Shown here piece by piece: positions 9,928-19,731 of a DNA stretch of 64,000 bases (positions are counted from its first letter, which is position 1; every line of letters starts with the position of its first letter). The DNA is from an uncultured Candidatus Saccharibacteria bacterium (GTDB lineage Bacteria; Patescibacteriota; UBA1384; DTJR01): the NCBI GenBank assembly GCA_964487045.1, contig CAZAOT010000004.1:6605-70604 (forward strand), given 5' to 3'. The position numbers were made by a program, and so were the translations under genes. The notes under the pieces are model-generated. The model saw only the letters and a list, made by a program, of their open reading frames with translations, made no database searches and had not been told where the DNA came from.

Positions 9928-10316
9928 TTTTGATTTTGATGAGCTCTTCTAACTGAGTCATCAAAGACAATCTTTACTTTCAATTCCTTTTCAGAATATA
10001 TTTTAATTGGTTTGTCGGTATCGGTAATTTTTAGTCTTTTAATGATTTCCTCGCTAGATGCTGTTTCTCCATCTTTAAAGACATTATTTAGTCTATCAGC
10101 ATTTATCGAAGTATATTTTTTCTCTTCAGCTTTAAATCCCTTGGCTTTTGGTAATCTCATGAAGAAGCTAGTCTGGCCACCAGTTTTGAAGATCGTTGAC
10201 GCACCAGTTCTAGATTTTTGACCGTTCATGCCTCTACCTGAAGTTTTGCCCTTTCCACTTGATGGACCACGGCCTAGTCTTTTACCTTTATTTACGACTT
10301 GTTCTAATTTAATCAT
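9924..10316 (-). CDS. rplO: 50S ribosomal protein L15
   Basis: KGKRLGRGPSSGKGKTSGRG. The start overlaps the rpsE stop, with no L30 gene between them. Confidence 0.9.
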   Translation of the reverse strand: MIKLEQVVNKGKRLGRGPSSGKGKTSGRGMNGQKSRTGASTIFKTGGQTSFFMRLPKAKGFKAEEKKYTSINADRLNNVFKDGETASSEEIIKRLKITDTDKPIKIYSEKELKVKIVFDDSVRRAHQNQK

Positions 10317-10762
10317 TATACACCTTCAGATGATCTTCTTAATCCTTCAATAGTGGCTCTAGCAATATTAATTTTATTGTTTGATCCATAGCTTTTTGAG
10401 ACTAAATTTCTCACACCAGCTAATTCGCAAACGCTTCTAACAACTCCACCGGCAATAATTGAAGTACCCTCAGGAGCCTTTTTCAGTAAAATTTTAGCTG
10501 AATTTAAATTAATATTAATTTCTTTATTGATCGAACCAGCTTCATTAAGCTTAATCTTAGTGAATTTTTTCTTGGCCTGATCTCCAGCTTTTCTGATAGC
10601 AATAGATACATCATTAGCCTTACCTAGACCCATTCCAACTTTTCCGTTTTTATCACCAACAATTATTAGAGCTCGAAAAGAGATTCTCTTTCCACCCTTA
10701 ACAGTTCTGCTTACTCTGCTAACTTCGATGACCTTCTCTTCAAAAAGCTTTTCTTCTGACAT
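10316..10762 (-). CDS. rpsE: 30S ribosomal protein S5
   Basis: S5 dsRBD plus C-terminal domain. Confidence 0.9.
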   Translation of the reverse strand: MSEEKLFEEKVIEVSRVSRTVKGGKRISFRALIIVGDKNGKVGMGLGKANDVSIAIRKAGDQAKKKFTKIKLNEAGSINKEININLNSAKILLKKAPEGTSIIAGGVVRSVCELAGVRNLVSKSYGSNNKINIARATIEGLRRSSEGV

Positions 10763-10773
10763 AATATTTCCTC

Positions 10774-11040
10774 TTAAAAATCCAATCCTGCCGAACGTAA
10801 TCCTTCGGCAAAAGACTTAACTCTTCCGTGATATCTTGAACCATTTCTATCAAATGAGACTTGTTCAATTTTTAACTGCTTAACAGAATTACCAAAATCT
10901 TCACCGAATTTTTTGGCTTGCTCAATTGGAGAAACTCCCTTAACAATCTTATACTTTTTACCAAAAACCGTCTTATCAATATTGATAGCTTGAGCTTCGA
11001 TTGAAGTATTTGATTTATATATTTTTATCTTTGTTCTCAT
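10774..11040 (-). CDS. rplR: 50S ribosomal protein L18 (short, 88 aa)
   Basis: C-terminus GRVKSFAEGLRSAGLDF matches the L18 tail. The N-terminus is shorter than typical. Confidence 0.75.
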   Translation of the reverse strand: MRTKIKIYKSNTSIEAQAINIDKTVFGKKYKIVKGVSPIEQAKKFGEDFGNSVKQLKIEQVSFDRNGSRYHGRVKSFAEGLRSAGLDF

Positions 11041-11041
11041 T

Positions 11042-11587
11042 TTATGCTCCTGCTCCCTTTACTGCCTTACCGACTTTTCGAATTATCTTTTCTCCGACAT
11101 ACTTAATTCCCTTGCCCTTATATGGTTCAGGTTTCTTTATCGCTCGAATGTCAGCCGCTACCTGTCCGACAAGCTGCTTATCATGCCCGGAAATAGAAAT
11201 TGTGTTCTTTTTAACTTCAAATGTAATACCTTCTGGAGCTTTGTAATCAACTTCATGAGAGAAGCCAACTTTTAATTTAAGGTTATCACCTTCTACTTGT
11301 GCTCTGTAGCCAACCCCAACAAGCTCCAAATCTTTCTTAAATCCGTTCTTAACACCTTCTATTGCATTCGCAATCAAAGACCTCATCAATCCGTGGATTG
11401 ATTTGGCTAATTTAGTTTCATTTTTTCTAGAAACTGAAATTATGCTATTTTCAATTTTAACATCAACTAAAGGATGAATATCAACTTTATTTGATTTGTC
11501 TTGTCCCTTGGCTTCTAATACACCTGCGTTTAAATTAACTGTAACGCCCTCGGGAATTTCAATAATTTTATTTCCAATACGGCTCAT
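11042..11587 (-). CDS. rplF: 50S ribosomal protein L6
   Basis: N-terminus MSRIGNKIIEIPEGVTV. Confidence 0.9.
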   Translation of the reverse strand: MSRIGNKIIEIPEGVTVNLNAGVLEAKGQDKSNKVDIHPLVDVKIENSIISVSRKNETKLAKSIHGLMRSLIANAIEGVKNGFKKDLELVGVGYRAQVEGDNLKLKVGFSHEVDYKAPEGITFEVKKNTISISGHDKQLVGQVAADIRAIKKPEPYKGKGIKYVGEKIIRKVGKAVKGAGA

Positions 11588-11956
11588 TTAAAATACCTCG
11601 CAGATTAGTTCGCCACCAAGGCCAGCCTTTTTAGCTTTAGAGCCACTCAAGACTCCCTTAGGCGTAGAGACAATAACCATTCCATAACCTCTTGGTTTAG
11701 GTATATTTTTGCTTTTAACATAAACTCTTCGACCTGGACGGCTAACTCTTCGAATTTTTTCGAAATCTTTTCCAGATTCTTCAAGATTTATGACAATTTC
11801 TTTTTCCTGCGCAGTAAAGGATCCTACATAACCCTCTTCTTTAAGCACGCTAAGTATACCCATCTTAATTTTTGAGAAGGGTACTATCAAGCTTTTTCTG
11901 CCCGCTTTTTGAGCGTTGGAAATTCTTGTAACTAAATCTGCAATTGTGTCATTCAT
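11588..11956 (-). CDS. rpsH: 30S ribosomal protein S8
   Basis: N-terminus MNDTIADLVTRISNAQKAG. Confidence 0.9.
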   Translation of the reverse strand: MNDTIADLVTRISNAQKAGRKSLIVPFSKIKMGILSVLKEEGYVGSFTAQEKEIVINLEESGKDFEKIRRVSRPGRRVYVKSKNIPKPRGYGMVIVSTPKGVLSGSKAKKAGLGGELICEVF

Positions 11957-11964
11957 TTTATTTA

Positions 11965-12077
11965 GCCCGTTAGAGATTGAAAGCTACTGCTTTCGACTCT
12001 TCTAGGTGGGCGTTGTTACTTTTACTCATTTTTTAACTGATTCACTTGATTCTCTAGGTTCGTTATCTCTAACGGGC
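11965..12077. repeat. Palindromic repeat element, copy A. Its 13-nt terminal inverted repeats GCCCGTTAGAGAT ... ATCTCTAACGGGC enclose an 87-nt interior
   Basis: The perfect 13-nt inverted repeat was read directly. It fills the 122-nt rpsN-rpsH spacer. The same inverted repeat recurs at 34081-34160 and 60628-60704. Confidence 0.7.
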
Positions 12078-12078
12078 C

Positions 12079-12264
12079 TTACCAAGATGATTTTATTACA
12101 CCAGGGATTTCTCCCTTGCTGGCTAATTCTCTGAAACAAATTCGGCAAATACCAAATTTTCTCATAAAGCCGCGATTTCGACCACATTTTCCACAACGTC
12201 TAATTTTTCTAGATGAAAATTTTGGTGTGCGCTTTGCTTTTTCTATTAATGCAAGTCTTGCCAT
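12079..12264 (-). CDS. rpsN: 30S ribosomal protein S14, Z-type (zinc-binding)
   Basis: 61 aa with C-x2-C...C-x2-C, and ...[11 protein letters not shown]. Confidence 0.85.
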   Translation of the reverse strand: MARLALIEKAKRTPKFSSRKIRRCGKCGRNRGFMRKFGICRICFRELASKGEIPGVIKSSW

Positions 12265-12272
12265 ATTTGTCC

Positions 12273-12812
12273 TTAAACCTCTTTAAATATAAATCCTAGC
12301 TTTGTAAAGAATTTTTGTGATGATTCGGCAGACTGAGGTTTTCTAAGTGAAAGACAAACTCCAAGACCCCAGGTTTCCTTAATCTCGTCGGCCTTAATCT
12401 CAGGAAAAATTATCTGATCTCTTACGGCAACATTGAGATTGCCAGATTTATCAAATGATTTAGGATTAATACCTTCGAAATCTCTAATTCTAGGAAACAC
12501 TACTTTATTTAATCTTTCTATAAAGTCATACATTCTGTGGCCTCTGAGCGTTACCTGATATCCGATTAACTGACCTTCTCTGAGCTTAAATCCTGCAATA
12601 GATTTTTTAGCAATATTTGTTTTAGGCTTCTGACCAGTAATTTGGGTTAATTCTTTTTCAATTGCTTCTAAAATATCTTTTCTTTCTCTAAATGGTCCGA
12701 CGCCAACTGTAACAGTAGCACTTTTAAGAAGTGGCAAATCAAATCTATTAACACCTAGCTCTTTACTAAGCTCAGGCAAGATTTCTTTATTTATTCTTTC
12801 ACTTAATCGCAT
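12273..12812 (-). CDS. rplE: 50S ribosomal protein L5
   Basis: Matches the L5 family and sits between rplX and rpsN. Confidence 0.9.
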   Translation of the reverse strand: MRLSERINKEILPELSKELGVNRFDLPLLKSATVTVGVGPFRERKDILEAIEKELTQITGQKPKTNIAKKSIAGFKLREGQLIGYQVTLRGHRMYDFIERLNKVVFPRIRDFEGINPKSFDKSGNLNVAVRDQIIFPEIKADEIKETWGLGVCLSLRKPQSAESSQKFFTKLGFIFKEV

Positions 12813-13116
12813 CTAATGACTCCTTACACTTGGCGCATGTTCTTCTTTTTTCTTTGCCTTCGCCAGTATATTTAGCTGAGGTTAATTTTTTGCATCCAGG
12901 GCAGACCAAACTTACGTTTGAGGCGTCAACTGGCATATTTTTATCTATAATTCCGCCTTGTGGATATTTACTGGATGGTTTTACATGCTTTTTATAAAGA
13001 TTTATACCTTCAACAACAACTTTGTTTGTTTTTAAGTCAACTTTAATAATCTTTCCTGATTTGGATCGGTCTTTTCCAGTATTTACTACTATTTGATCGC
13101 CTTTTCTTAATTTCAT
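12799..13116 (-). CDS. rplX: 50S ribosomal protein L24 with C-terminal C4 zinc ribbon (Thermus-type)
   Basis: KOW domain MKLRKGDQIVVNTGKDRSKSGKI, then CPGCKK...CAKCKES. Confidence 0.85.
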   Translation of the reverse strand: MKLRKGDQIVVNTGKDRSKSGKIIKVDLKTNKVVVEGINLYKKHVKPSSKYPQGGIIDKNMPVDASNVSLVCPGCKKLTSAKYTGEGKEKRRTCAKCKESLDAIK

Positions 13117-13124
13117 ATCTATCC

Positions 13125-13493
13125 TTATATTACTTCCTGTGCGAGCGAAATAATCTTTGTATAACCCTTTTCTCTTATTTCCCTTGCAATTGGTCCGAAT
13201 ATTCTGGTTCCTTTTGGTGTTTTATCTGGATTTATTAAAACTACTGCATTTTCGTCAAATCTTATTGCTGAACCATCTTTTCTTCTAAAATTCTTCTTCT
13301 GTCTAACTACAACAGCCTTGTGAAGTTCTTTTTTCTTTACCATTCCTCTAGGGTTGGCTGATTTGATGGTTACAACGCAAATATCACCGATTTCGGCAAA
13401 TTCGTGGTATCCGCGACCCAAAACCCTAATGCACATTGCTTCTCGTGCACCGGTGTTATCTGCTATTTTTACTCTTGTATTTGACTGAATCAT
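13125..13493 (-). CDS. rplN: 50S ribosomal protein L14
   Basis: [26 protein letters not shown]. Confidence 0.9.
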   Translation of the reverse strand: MIQSNTRVKIADNTGAREAMCIRVLGRGYHEFAEIGDICVVTIKSANPRGMVKKKELHKAVVVRQKKNFRRKDGSAIRFDENAVVLINPDKTPKGTRIFGPIAREIREKGYTKIISLAQEVI

Positions 13494-13723
13494 TATATAA
13501 CTCTAGTAACTTTAAAATTTTTATTCTTTGAAATTTTTCGACATTCCTCAATCTCGACTCTATCTCCAACTTTACAAGCTGATTCATTGTCATCGGCTAA
13601 AAACTTTTGCGATTTCTTGATGATTTTCTGATATTTAGGGTGCCTTGTCTTGTATTCAAACACTACGCCAACTGTACTTTGACTCATAGACTCGACTGTA
13701 CCGATAATTTTTGTTTTAGCCAT
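13493..13723 (-). CDS. rpsQ: 30S ribosomal protein S17
   Basis: S17 OB fold ...[26 protein letters not shown].... Confidence 0.85.
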   Translation of the reverse strand: MAKTKIIGTVESMSQSTVGVVFEYKTRHPKYQKIIKKSQKFLADDNESACKVGDRVEIEECRKISKNKNFKVTRVI

Positions 13724-13724
13724 T

Positions 13725-13934
13725 TTAACCCTTAAAAGATTCTATAATTTTCTCATTTAATATTGTCTCTAATCTAGCTATTTCTTTCTTTAATTTACCA
13801 GTAGAGTTTGAATTTTTCTTACCCTGGTTAGAAAGTGCAGCGCATTCTTCTATCAACTGAACTCTTCGTTTCCCGATTTCATTAACTAGCGCCTTGCTAT
13901 CCATTGACCTAAATTCTTGTACTTTCTTATTCAT
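13725..13934 (-). CDS. rpmC: 50S ribosomal protein L29
   Basis: 69 aa helical protein lying between rplP and rpsQ. Confidence 0.8.
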   Translation of the reverse strand: MNKKVQEFRSMDSKALVNEIGKRRVQLIEECAALSNQGKKNSNSTGKLKKEIARLETILNEKIIESFKG

Positions 13935-14341
13935 TATTCCTTCTCCAAGAAAACAGTCTTTACTGGTAATTTACTAGCTGCAAGTCGCATTGCTTCTTTT
14001 GCAGTTTCCAAATTAACGCCGTCCATTTCAAACAATATTCTTCCTGGTCTTACAACGCTAACAAAATGATCTGGCGCACCCTTACCACCACCCATTCCAA
14101 CTTCATCAGCAGTTTTTGTAACAACTTTATCTGGAAATATTCTTACCCAAATCTTACCGCCTCTTTTGCAATATCTGGTCATGGCTCTTCTGGCAGCTTC
14201 AATTTGTCTAGAAGTAATCCAATTTCTTTCAGTTGATTTCAAAGCAAACTTGCCGAAGCTAATCTGGCTTCCTCTTTCGTCATTTCCTGGCATTTTGCCG
14301 CGGTAATGTTTTCTGTATTTAAGTTTTTTCGGGATTAACAT
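13934..14341 (-). CDS. rplP: 50S ribosomal protein L16
   Basis: [19 protein letters not shown]. Confidence 0.9.
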   Translation of the reverse strand: MLIPKKLKYRKHYRGKMPGNDERGSQISFGKFALKSTERNWITSRQIEAARRAMTRYCKRGGKIWVRIFPDKVVTKTADEVGMGGGKGAPDHFVSVVRPGRILFEMDGVNLETAKEAMRLAASKLPVKTVFLEKE

Positions 14342-14973
14342 TATTTCACCTTTTCACCAAGATTGATCCAAACCTTGATTCCAATAATTCCATAGGTTGT
14401 TGGCGCATCGTATTTTGCAAAACTGATATCACTTCGAAGTGTTGATAGTGGGATTGAACCATGCTTGAAGCTCTCAGATCGAGAAATTTCAGCTCCGTCT
14501 AGTCTTCCGGCAACTCTGATCATTACACCTTTAGCGCCTGCATCCTTAACCCTCTGGAGGGCTTGTTTTGAAGCGCGCCTAAAAGGCATTCTCTTTGAAA
14601 TCTGCATACCGATTGTTTGAGCAACTACTGCAGCATCAAGGTCAGCTTTCTTAACTTCTACAACTTCAAGTTTGAATTTTTCAGTTACTATCTTTGATAA
14701 ATCTGCTCTGAGTGATTCTAGTTGTTTTCCACCTCTACCGATCAAAACACCAGGTCTTGCAGTGAAGATGATAATATCGAGTTTACCGATACCTCGCTCG
14801 ATCTGAATTTCAGAAATTCCAGCCTGCGGTCCAGATTTCTTTCTAATAACTGTTCGGATTTCGCTATCCTGCAAAAGGTACTTCGAATAATCAGAACCTT
14901 TGGCGAACCATTTGCTCTTCCAGTTATTATAGACACCTAGTCTAAATGCGATTGGATTAACTTTTTTACCCAT
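14341..14973 (-). CDS. rpsC: 30S ribosomal protein S3
   Basis: [24 protein letters not shown] with a KH domain. Confidence 0.9.
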   Translation of the reverse strand: MGKKVNPIAFRLGVYNNWKSKWFAKGSDYSKYLLQDSEIRTVIRKKSGPQAGISEIQIERGIGKLDIIIFTARPGVLIGRGGKQLESLRADLSKIVTEKFKLEVVEVKKADLDAAVVAQTIGMQISKRMPFRRASKQALQRVKDAGAKGVMIRVAGRLDGAEISRSESFKHGSIPLSTLRSDISFAKYDAPTTYGIIGIKVWINLGEKVK

Positions 14974-15379
14974 TATTTACTTCCTTTTCGCTTGCAGCTT
15001 TCTTTTTATCGAGCTTTTTTGACTTCTTTGGCTTAGCTTCATCAGCTTTTCCTAAAGAAATTTTCAAATGCGACATTCTTTTTTGATATTTTGCACTGCG
15101 ACCTCTGGCCTTAATAAAGAATCTCTTCATTCTGCGACCCTCTTGGGCAATTGATTCTACAATTACCAATTCATCTTCTTTGAAGTCTTTATTTTTGGCA
15201 GAATCTACAGCACTTTTTAAAAGTGAATATGCAAGTCTAGCATTTTTCTTGTTTGTATTTCTTAAAATATCAAGAGCATCTAGCGCCTTTTTGCCTTTTA
15301 TCAAATTCATCACAAGTCTTGCCTTCTTCGGGCTGACTCTTTGTTCTCTTAATGTAACTGTGGTTACTTTATTCATCAT
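14966..15379 (-). CDS. rplV: 50S ribosomal protein L22
   Basis: ...REQRVSPKKARLVMNLIKGKKALDALDIL.... Confidence 0.85.
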   Translation of the reverse strand: MMNKVTTVTLREQRVSPKKARLVMNLIKGKKALDALDILRNTNKKNARLAYSLLKSAVDSAKNKDFKEDELVIVESIAQEGRRMKRFFIKARGRSAKYQKRMSHLKISLGKADEAKPKKSKKLDKKKAASEKEVNNG

Positions 15380-15660
15380 TATTTACCTGTTTTCTCTTGC
15401 TCTCTAGCCATCTTACCACCGTGTCTCTTGAATTTTCTGGTAGGGGCGAATTCACCTAATCTGTGACCAACCATTTCTTCAATAATTCTAATTGAGATAT
15501 GCTCTTTACCATTGTGGACAGCAAAGTTTATCCCGACCATTTCTGGAAGAATTGTTGAACTTCGCGACCATGTCTTGATAGTATCACCTGGTTTAGCTGA
15601 TTCTATTTTTTTCAAGATTGAATCGTGAACGAATGGTCCTTTTTTAAGTGATCTTGCCAT
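15379..15660 (-). CDS. rpsS: 30S ribosomal protein S19
   Basis: [19 protein letters not shown]...[17 protein letters not shown]. Confidence 0.9.
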   Translation of the reverse strand: MARSLKKGPFVHDSILKKIESAKPGDTIKTWSRSSTILPEMVGINFAVHNGKEHISIRIIEEMVGHRLGEFAPTRKFKRHGGKMAREQEKTGK

Positions 15661-15661
15661 T

Positions 15662-16483
15662 TTACCTCTTTTTCCTTGCTCTTCGTTTTACTATATATTT
15701 GTCGGAAAGTTTCTTACCTCTGGTTTTCTTACCAATTGCTACTTTACCCCAAGGTGTCTTAGGATATTTCAAGCCAATTGGGTTAACACCTTCTCCTCCA
15801 CCATGAGGGTGAGAATTAGGAGACATAGCTTTTCCTCTAACTTTTGGCCTTATTCCCATAAGTCTTTTTCGGCCAGCCTTACCAATTCTTAAGTTAGAAT
15901 GCTCATTGTTTGAAACACTGCCAAAGCTTGCCATACATTTTTCGTTAACTTTTCTAAGCTCGCCAGATGGCATTTTTAAAAGTGCATATCCTTCTTCTAT
16001 CGCCATAAAAATTGCGCTTGTACCAGCTGATTTTGCAAAAACACCTTTTGAACCAGGCTGGATCTCGATATTGTGTACAATTGATCCGACGGGAATATTT
16101 TTGAGCATTGCCCTATCCCCTACCTTCATCGATCCGCCTTCTTTCACTTTGATCTTATCCCCTACTTTAAGCTTGTCAGCGGCTAAAATATATTTTTTAG
16201 CACCATTTTCAAGCTCAACTAGAGCGATATTGGCTGATCTATTCGGATCGTACTGAAGGTCGATAACTTTCGCCTCTGAGGAAAGTTCTGAAATTATTCT
16301 ATACAACCTCTTAGCTCCTGATCCTCTGTGTCTAGATGAAATTGTTCCGGTAGAATCCTTACCAAATGAACGATCTAATTTTACAATCAAAGATTTAGCC
16401 TTTTTCTGCTTGTTTAAGGCTCGTCTGTCTTCGAAGCTAGCTTCGAAGTATCCGCTTGTAAGTCTTTTAACTTTCTTTAACAT
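15662..16483 (-). CDS. rplB: 50S ribosomal protein L2
   Basis: The C-terminal motif ...[12 protein letters not shown]... matches L2. Confidence 0.9.
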   Translation of the reverse strand: MLKKVKRLTSGYFEASFEDRRALNKQKKAKSLIVKLDRSFGKDSTGTISSRHRGSGAKRLYRIISELSSEAKVIDLQYDPNRSANIALVELENGAKKYILAADKLKVGDKIKVKEGGSMKVGDRAMLKNIPVGSIVHNIEIQPGSKGVFAKSAGTSAIFMAIEEGYALLKMPSGELRKVNEKCMASFGSVSNNEHSNLRIGKAGRKRLMGIRPKVRGKAMSPNSHPHGGGEGVNPIGLKYPKTPWGKVAIGKKTRGKKLSDKYIVKRRARKKR

Positions 16484-16793
16484 CTTTCACTTTCTTGGTT
16501 GTTTTTTCTTTTTCTTCTTTTGGTGCTTCAAATTCAAAACCTGCGATTTTCTGACCTTTTTCAAGTTTGACTATAATTTTCTTTATTCCCTTGATAGTAA
16601 AACTTTTTCTCTGTTTTTGGCCTTCAAGGTATTTACCCTTTACGCTATTAACTGAAACTGGGACAACATTATAATATTTTCTAACCAGGTGTTCAATTTG
16701 GGTTTTTGTAGCATTATAATCAACTTCAAGCGTGAATTTTCCGCTCTTAGCCATTTCCACTGACTTTTCTGTAATATATGGTCTTATCTTCAT
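16467..16793 (-). CDS. rplW: 50S ribosomal protein L23
   Basis: MKIRPYITEKSVEMAKSGKFTLEVD. Confidence 0.85.
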   Translation of the reverse strand: MKIRPYITEKSVEMAKSGKFTLEVDYNATKTQIEHLVRKYYNVVPVSVNSVKGKYLEGQKQRKSFTIKGIKKIIVKLEKGQKIAGFEFEAPKEEKEKTTKKVKDVKES

Positions 16794-17419
16794 GCTGAAG
16801 CCTTTTTTTCTAAAATTTCAAATGCTTTTTTGGTTAATATAATCTTTTTCTTAGAATTAATGTCAGAAAGTAAGATATTGCTGCTTTTTTTGATATTTAT
16901 AAGAGGAATATTTCTCCAGCAAATTGTGTCTGCAATTGCGCTTTCATCGATAGCCAAAACGACCATCTTAGAATCGGATATTTTGTTTAAAACCTCTTGT
17001 GCATTTTTTGTTTTTCCAGATTCAACCTTAATATCTTCTATTACAGCTAACTCATTTTCTTTTATCTTATTAAATAGCATACTTACAATTGCTAATTCGC
17101 GCATTTTTCGAGGCATAGCTAAAACCTTGTTTTCACCAGTAGGTCCAAAAGTTACTCCGCCGCCTCTCCATAAGGGAGATCTGTTGGATCCAGCTCTTGC
17201 TCTACCTGTGCCTTTTTGTTTCCATGGTTTTCTACCGCCGCCATTAACGTCTGATTTGGTTTTTGTTCTACCAGCTTTGATTTGAATATTATTGTTCTCA
17301 ACGTAAATTGCTTGGTTTATCAAAGAATTATTCAATTTTGAAAATTTTTCAGCTAATTCAAAAACAATAGCCTCTTGCTTTTCTCCAGAATTTGAATATA
17401 AAGGAATATTTATTTTCAT
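16790..17419 (-). CDS. rplD: 50S ribosomal protein L4
   Basis: Matches the L4 family and sits between rplC and rplW. Confidence 0.85.
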   Translation of the reverse strand: MKINIPLYSNSGEKQEAIVFELAEKFSKLNNSLINQAIYVENNNIQIKAGRTKTKSDVNGGGRKPWKQKGTGRARAGSNRSPLWRGGGVTFGPTGENKVLAMPRKMRELAIVSMLFNKIKENELAVIEDIKVESGKTKNAQEVLNKISDSKMVVLAIDESAIADTICWRNIPLINIKKSSNILLSDINSKKKIILTKKAFEILEKKASA

Positions 17420-18009
17420 TTTACAATTATTAAACTTGCCTTATTGGGTCCCATTATATGACCCTTTACCCAAATATGATTGTTGTCAGCGTCGATTCTT
17501 TCGATTGTGACTTTTTTCTGGGTGGCATTTACTGCTCCTGTATGGCCTGCCATGCTCTTGCCTTTGACTACTCTTGATGGAGTCGTCATACCAATTGAAC
17601 CTGGTCGTCGATAATTTCTTGATCCGTGGGTTTTTGGTCCGGTATTGAATCCGTGGCGCCTAACAGTTCCCTGAAAACCCTTTCCCTTGGTTCTTCCAGA
17701 GACTGATACAACATCTCCTACCGCTAAATCACTGATCGAGAAGCTATCACCCTGTTTGTTTTCAATTTCCTCTACCCTAACTTCTGAAATTTTTATTGGG
17801 TTTAGACTCTTGAACTGACCCTTAACTGATTTTTTGACTTTTGCATTCTCTTTTTCACTTACGACCACTAAAGCATTATATCCATCTTTTTCCGTGGTTT
17901 TGATTTTGCCAACAATTGAATTCTCCAACTCCAAAACCGTTACTATCTGATGTTTGTTATTATCAGTGTAGTAATGAGTTGTTCCAATTTTTTTGGCGAA
18001 AATTTTCAT
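17416..18009 (-). CDS. rplC: 50S ribosomal protein L3
   Basis: MKIFAKKIGTTHYYTDNNKHQIVTVLEL. The start is set at the internal ATG at 18009, which follows a GGGAGAAGG ribosome-binding site. Confidence 0.85.
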   Translation of the reverse strand: MKIFAKKIGTTHYYTDNNKHQIVTVLELENSIVGKIKTTEKDGYNALVVVSEKENAKVKKSVKGQFKSLNPIKISEVRVEEIENKQGDSFSISDLAVGDVVSVSGRTKGKGFQGTVRRHGFNTGPKTHGSRNYRRPGSIGMTTPSRVVKGKSMAGHTGAVNATQKKVTIERIDADNNHIWVKGHIMGPNKASLIIVK

Positions 18010-18133
18010 AAGTAAACCTTCTCCCAAAAACTCTCCAGTCACACTGGGGGATTATTCGGGATGTAGCAATTAATAAGTTAGCTACGTTCCCTCGCAACTC
18101 AGTTCGAGATGCGAGGATGACTTAACTACCTTA

Positions 18134-18454
18134 TTAGGTTTTGATCTCAATGTCAATACCAGCAGGCAATTCGATGTTCATAAGTTGGTCAATTGTGCGA
18201 TTGTTTATCTCGATTACGTCTAGAACTCTCTTGTGTACGCGTACTTCATATTGATCTCTTGCATCTTTATGGACAAAGGTTGATTTAAGCACTGTCATCT
18301 TTTGGATTTCAGTTGGAAGAGGGATTGGTCCGATGACCTTTGCTCCTGTTTTCTCAACTGTATCGATGATATGCTTAACGGATTTGTCTAGAATCCTATA
18401 ATCATAACCTCTTATCTTGATTCGAATTTTCTCTCTGGTGTTTGATCTTGCCAT
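18134..18454 (-). CDS. rpsJ: 30S ribosomal protein S10
   Basis: MARSNTREKIRIKIRGYDYRILDKS.... Confidence 0.9.
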   Translation of the reverse strand: MARSNTREKIRIKIRGYDYRILDKSVKHIIDTVEKTGAKVIGPIPLPTEIQKMTVLKSTFVHKDARDQYEVRVHKRVLDVIEINNRTIDQLMNIELPAGIDIEIKT

Positions 18455-18484
18455 TTTAATGTACGTCTTTAGGTTATTCTTTGC

Positions 18485-19669
18485 TTATTTAATGATTTTT
18501 GTTACTACTCCGGCTCCAACAGTTCGGCCACCTTCTCGGATTGCGAACTTCATTTGCTCTTCCATTGCAACTGGAACAATAAGCTTAACAGTGATTGTTA
18601 CAGTGTCACCTGGCATGATCATTTCTGCGCCAGATGGAATGTCAGTGATTTCACCGGTTACGTCAGTTGTTCGGACGTAGAATTGAGGCTTATAACCCTT
18701 TGTGAATGAAGAGTGTCGTCCACCTTCATCTTTGGAGAGAATATAAACTTCGGCTTCGAATTCGGTGTGAGGAGTCAGAGAACCTGGCTTACACATAACT
18801 TGTCCTCTTTCGATCTCTTCTCTTTCAATTCCTCTTAGAAGAAGTCCGACGTTGTCTCCTGCCTGACCTTCATCTAATTGCTTTCTAAACATCTCTACTC
18901 CGGTAACAACAACTTTTCTAGTTGGTTTGATACCGACGATTTCAACTTCTTCGTTAACTTTGACAACGCCTCTCTCGATTCTTCCAGTTGCGACTGTTCC
19001 TCGTCCCTTGATTGAGAAAACGTCTTCAACAGGCATAAGGAATGGCTTGTCTGATTCTCTCTTTGGTTCTGGAATATAGTCATCCATGGCCTTAACAAGG
19101 TCCATGATGGCTTGCTCAGCTTCAGCATCGCCTTCTAGAGCTTTTAATGCTGATCCTTTGATAATAGGAATTTCGTCACCAGGATATTCATACTTAGTAA
19201 GAAGATCTCTGATTTCCATTTCAACTAGATCAAGTAGTTCTTTATCAGAAACTTGGTCTACTTTGTTCATGAAAACGATAATTGAAGGTACTCCAACTTG
19301 GTTTGCAAGAAGGATATGCTCTCTTGTTTGAGGCATTGGACCATCAGCAGCAGAAACAACTAAAATAGCTGCATCCATTTGGGCTGCACCGGTAATCATA
19401 TTTTTTACGTAGTCAGCGTGACCTGGACAGTCAACGTGAGCGTAATGTCTTTTTTCAGACTCATATTCCTGGTGAGAGGTAGCGATTGTAATTCCTCGCT
19501 CTCTTTCTTCAGGAGCATTATCGATATCCTCGAATTTTCTTGCTTGTGCCAGGCCTTTTTTGGATAGAACCTGGGTTATAGCGGCTGTCAACGTGGTCTT
19601 ACCATGGTCAACGTGACCGATTGTACCGACATTGACGTGGGGTTTTGTTCGTTCAAACTTTTCTGCCAT
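18485..19669 (-). CDS. tuf: Elongation factor Tu
   Basis: [27 protein letters not shown]. Confidence 0.95.
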   Translation of the reverse strand: MAEKFERTKPHVNVGTIGHVDHGKTTLTAAITQVLSKKGLAQARKFEDIDNAPEERERGITIATSHQEYESEKRHYAHVDCPGHADYVKNMITGAAQMDAAILVVSAADGPMPQTREHILLANQVGVPSIIVFMNKVDQVSDKELLDLVEMEIRDLLTKYEYPGDEIPIIKGSALKALEGDAEAEQAIMDLVKAMDDYIPEPKRESDKPFLMPVEDVFSIKGRGTVATGRIERGVVKVNEEVEIVGIKPTRKVVVTGVEMFRKQLDEGQAGDNVGLLLRGIEREEIERGQVMCKPGSLTPHTEFEAEVYILSKDEGGRHSSFTKGYKPQFYVRTTDVTGEITDIPSGAEMIMPGDTVTITVKLIVPVAMEEQMKFAIREGGRTVGAGVVTKIIK

Positions 19670-19731
19670 ATTATTGGTCTCCTTTAATCTATTAAATTTT
19701 CAATTTATTTTAGCAAATTTTTCTCGAATCG

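Noticed and set aside
12799-13116. L24 C-terminal Cys4 cluster as a novel feature
   Set aside because: This is a known variant. Thermus-type L24 carries the same CPxC...CAKC zinc ribbon.
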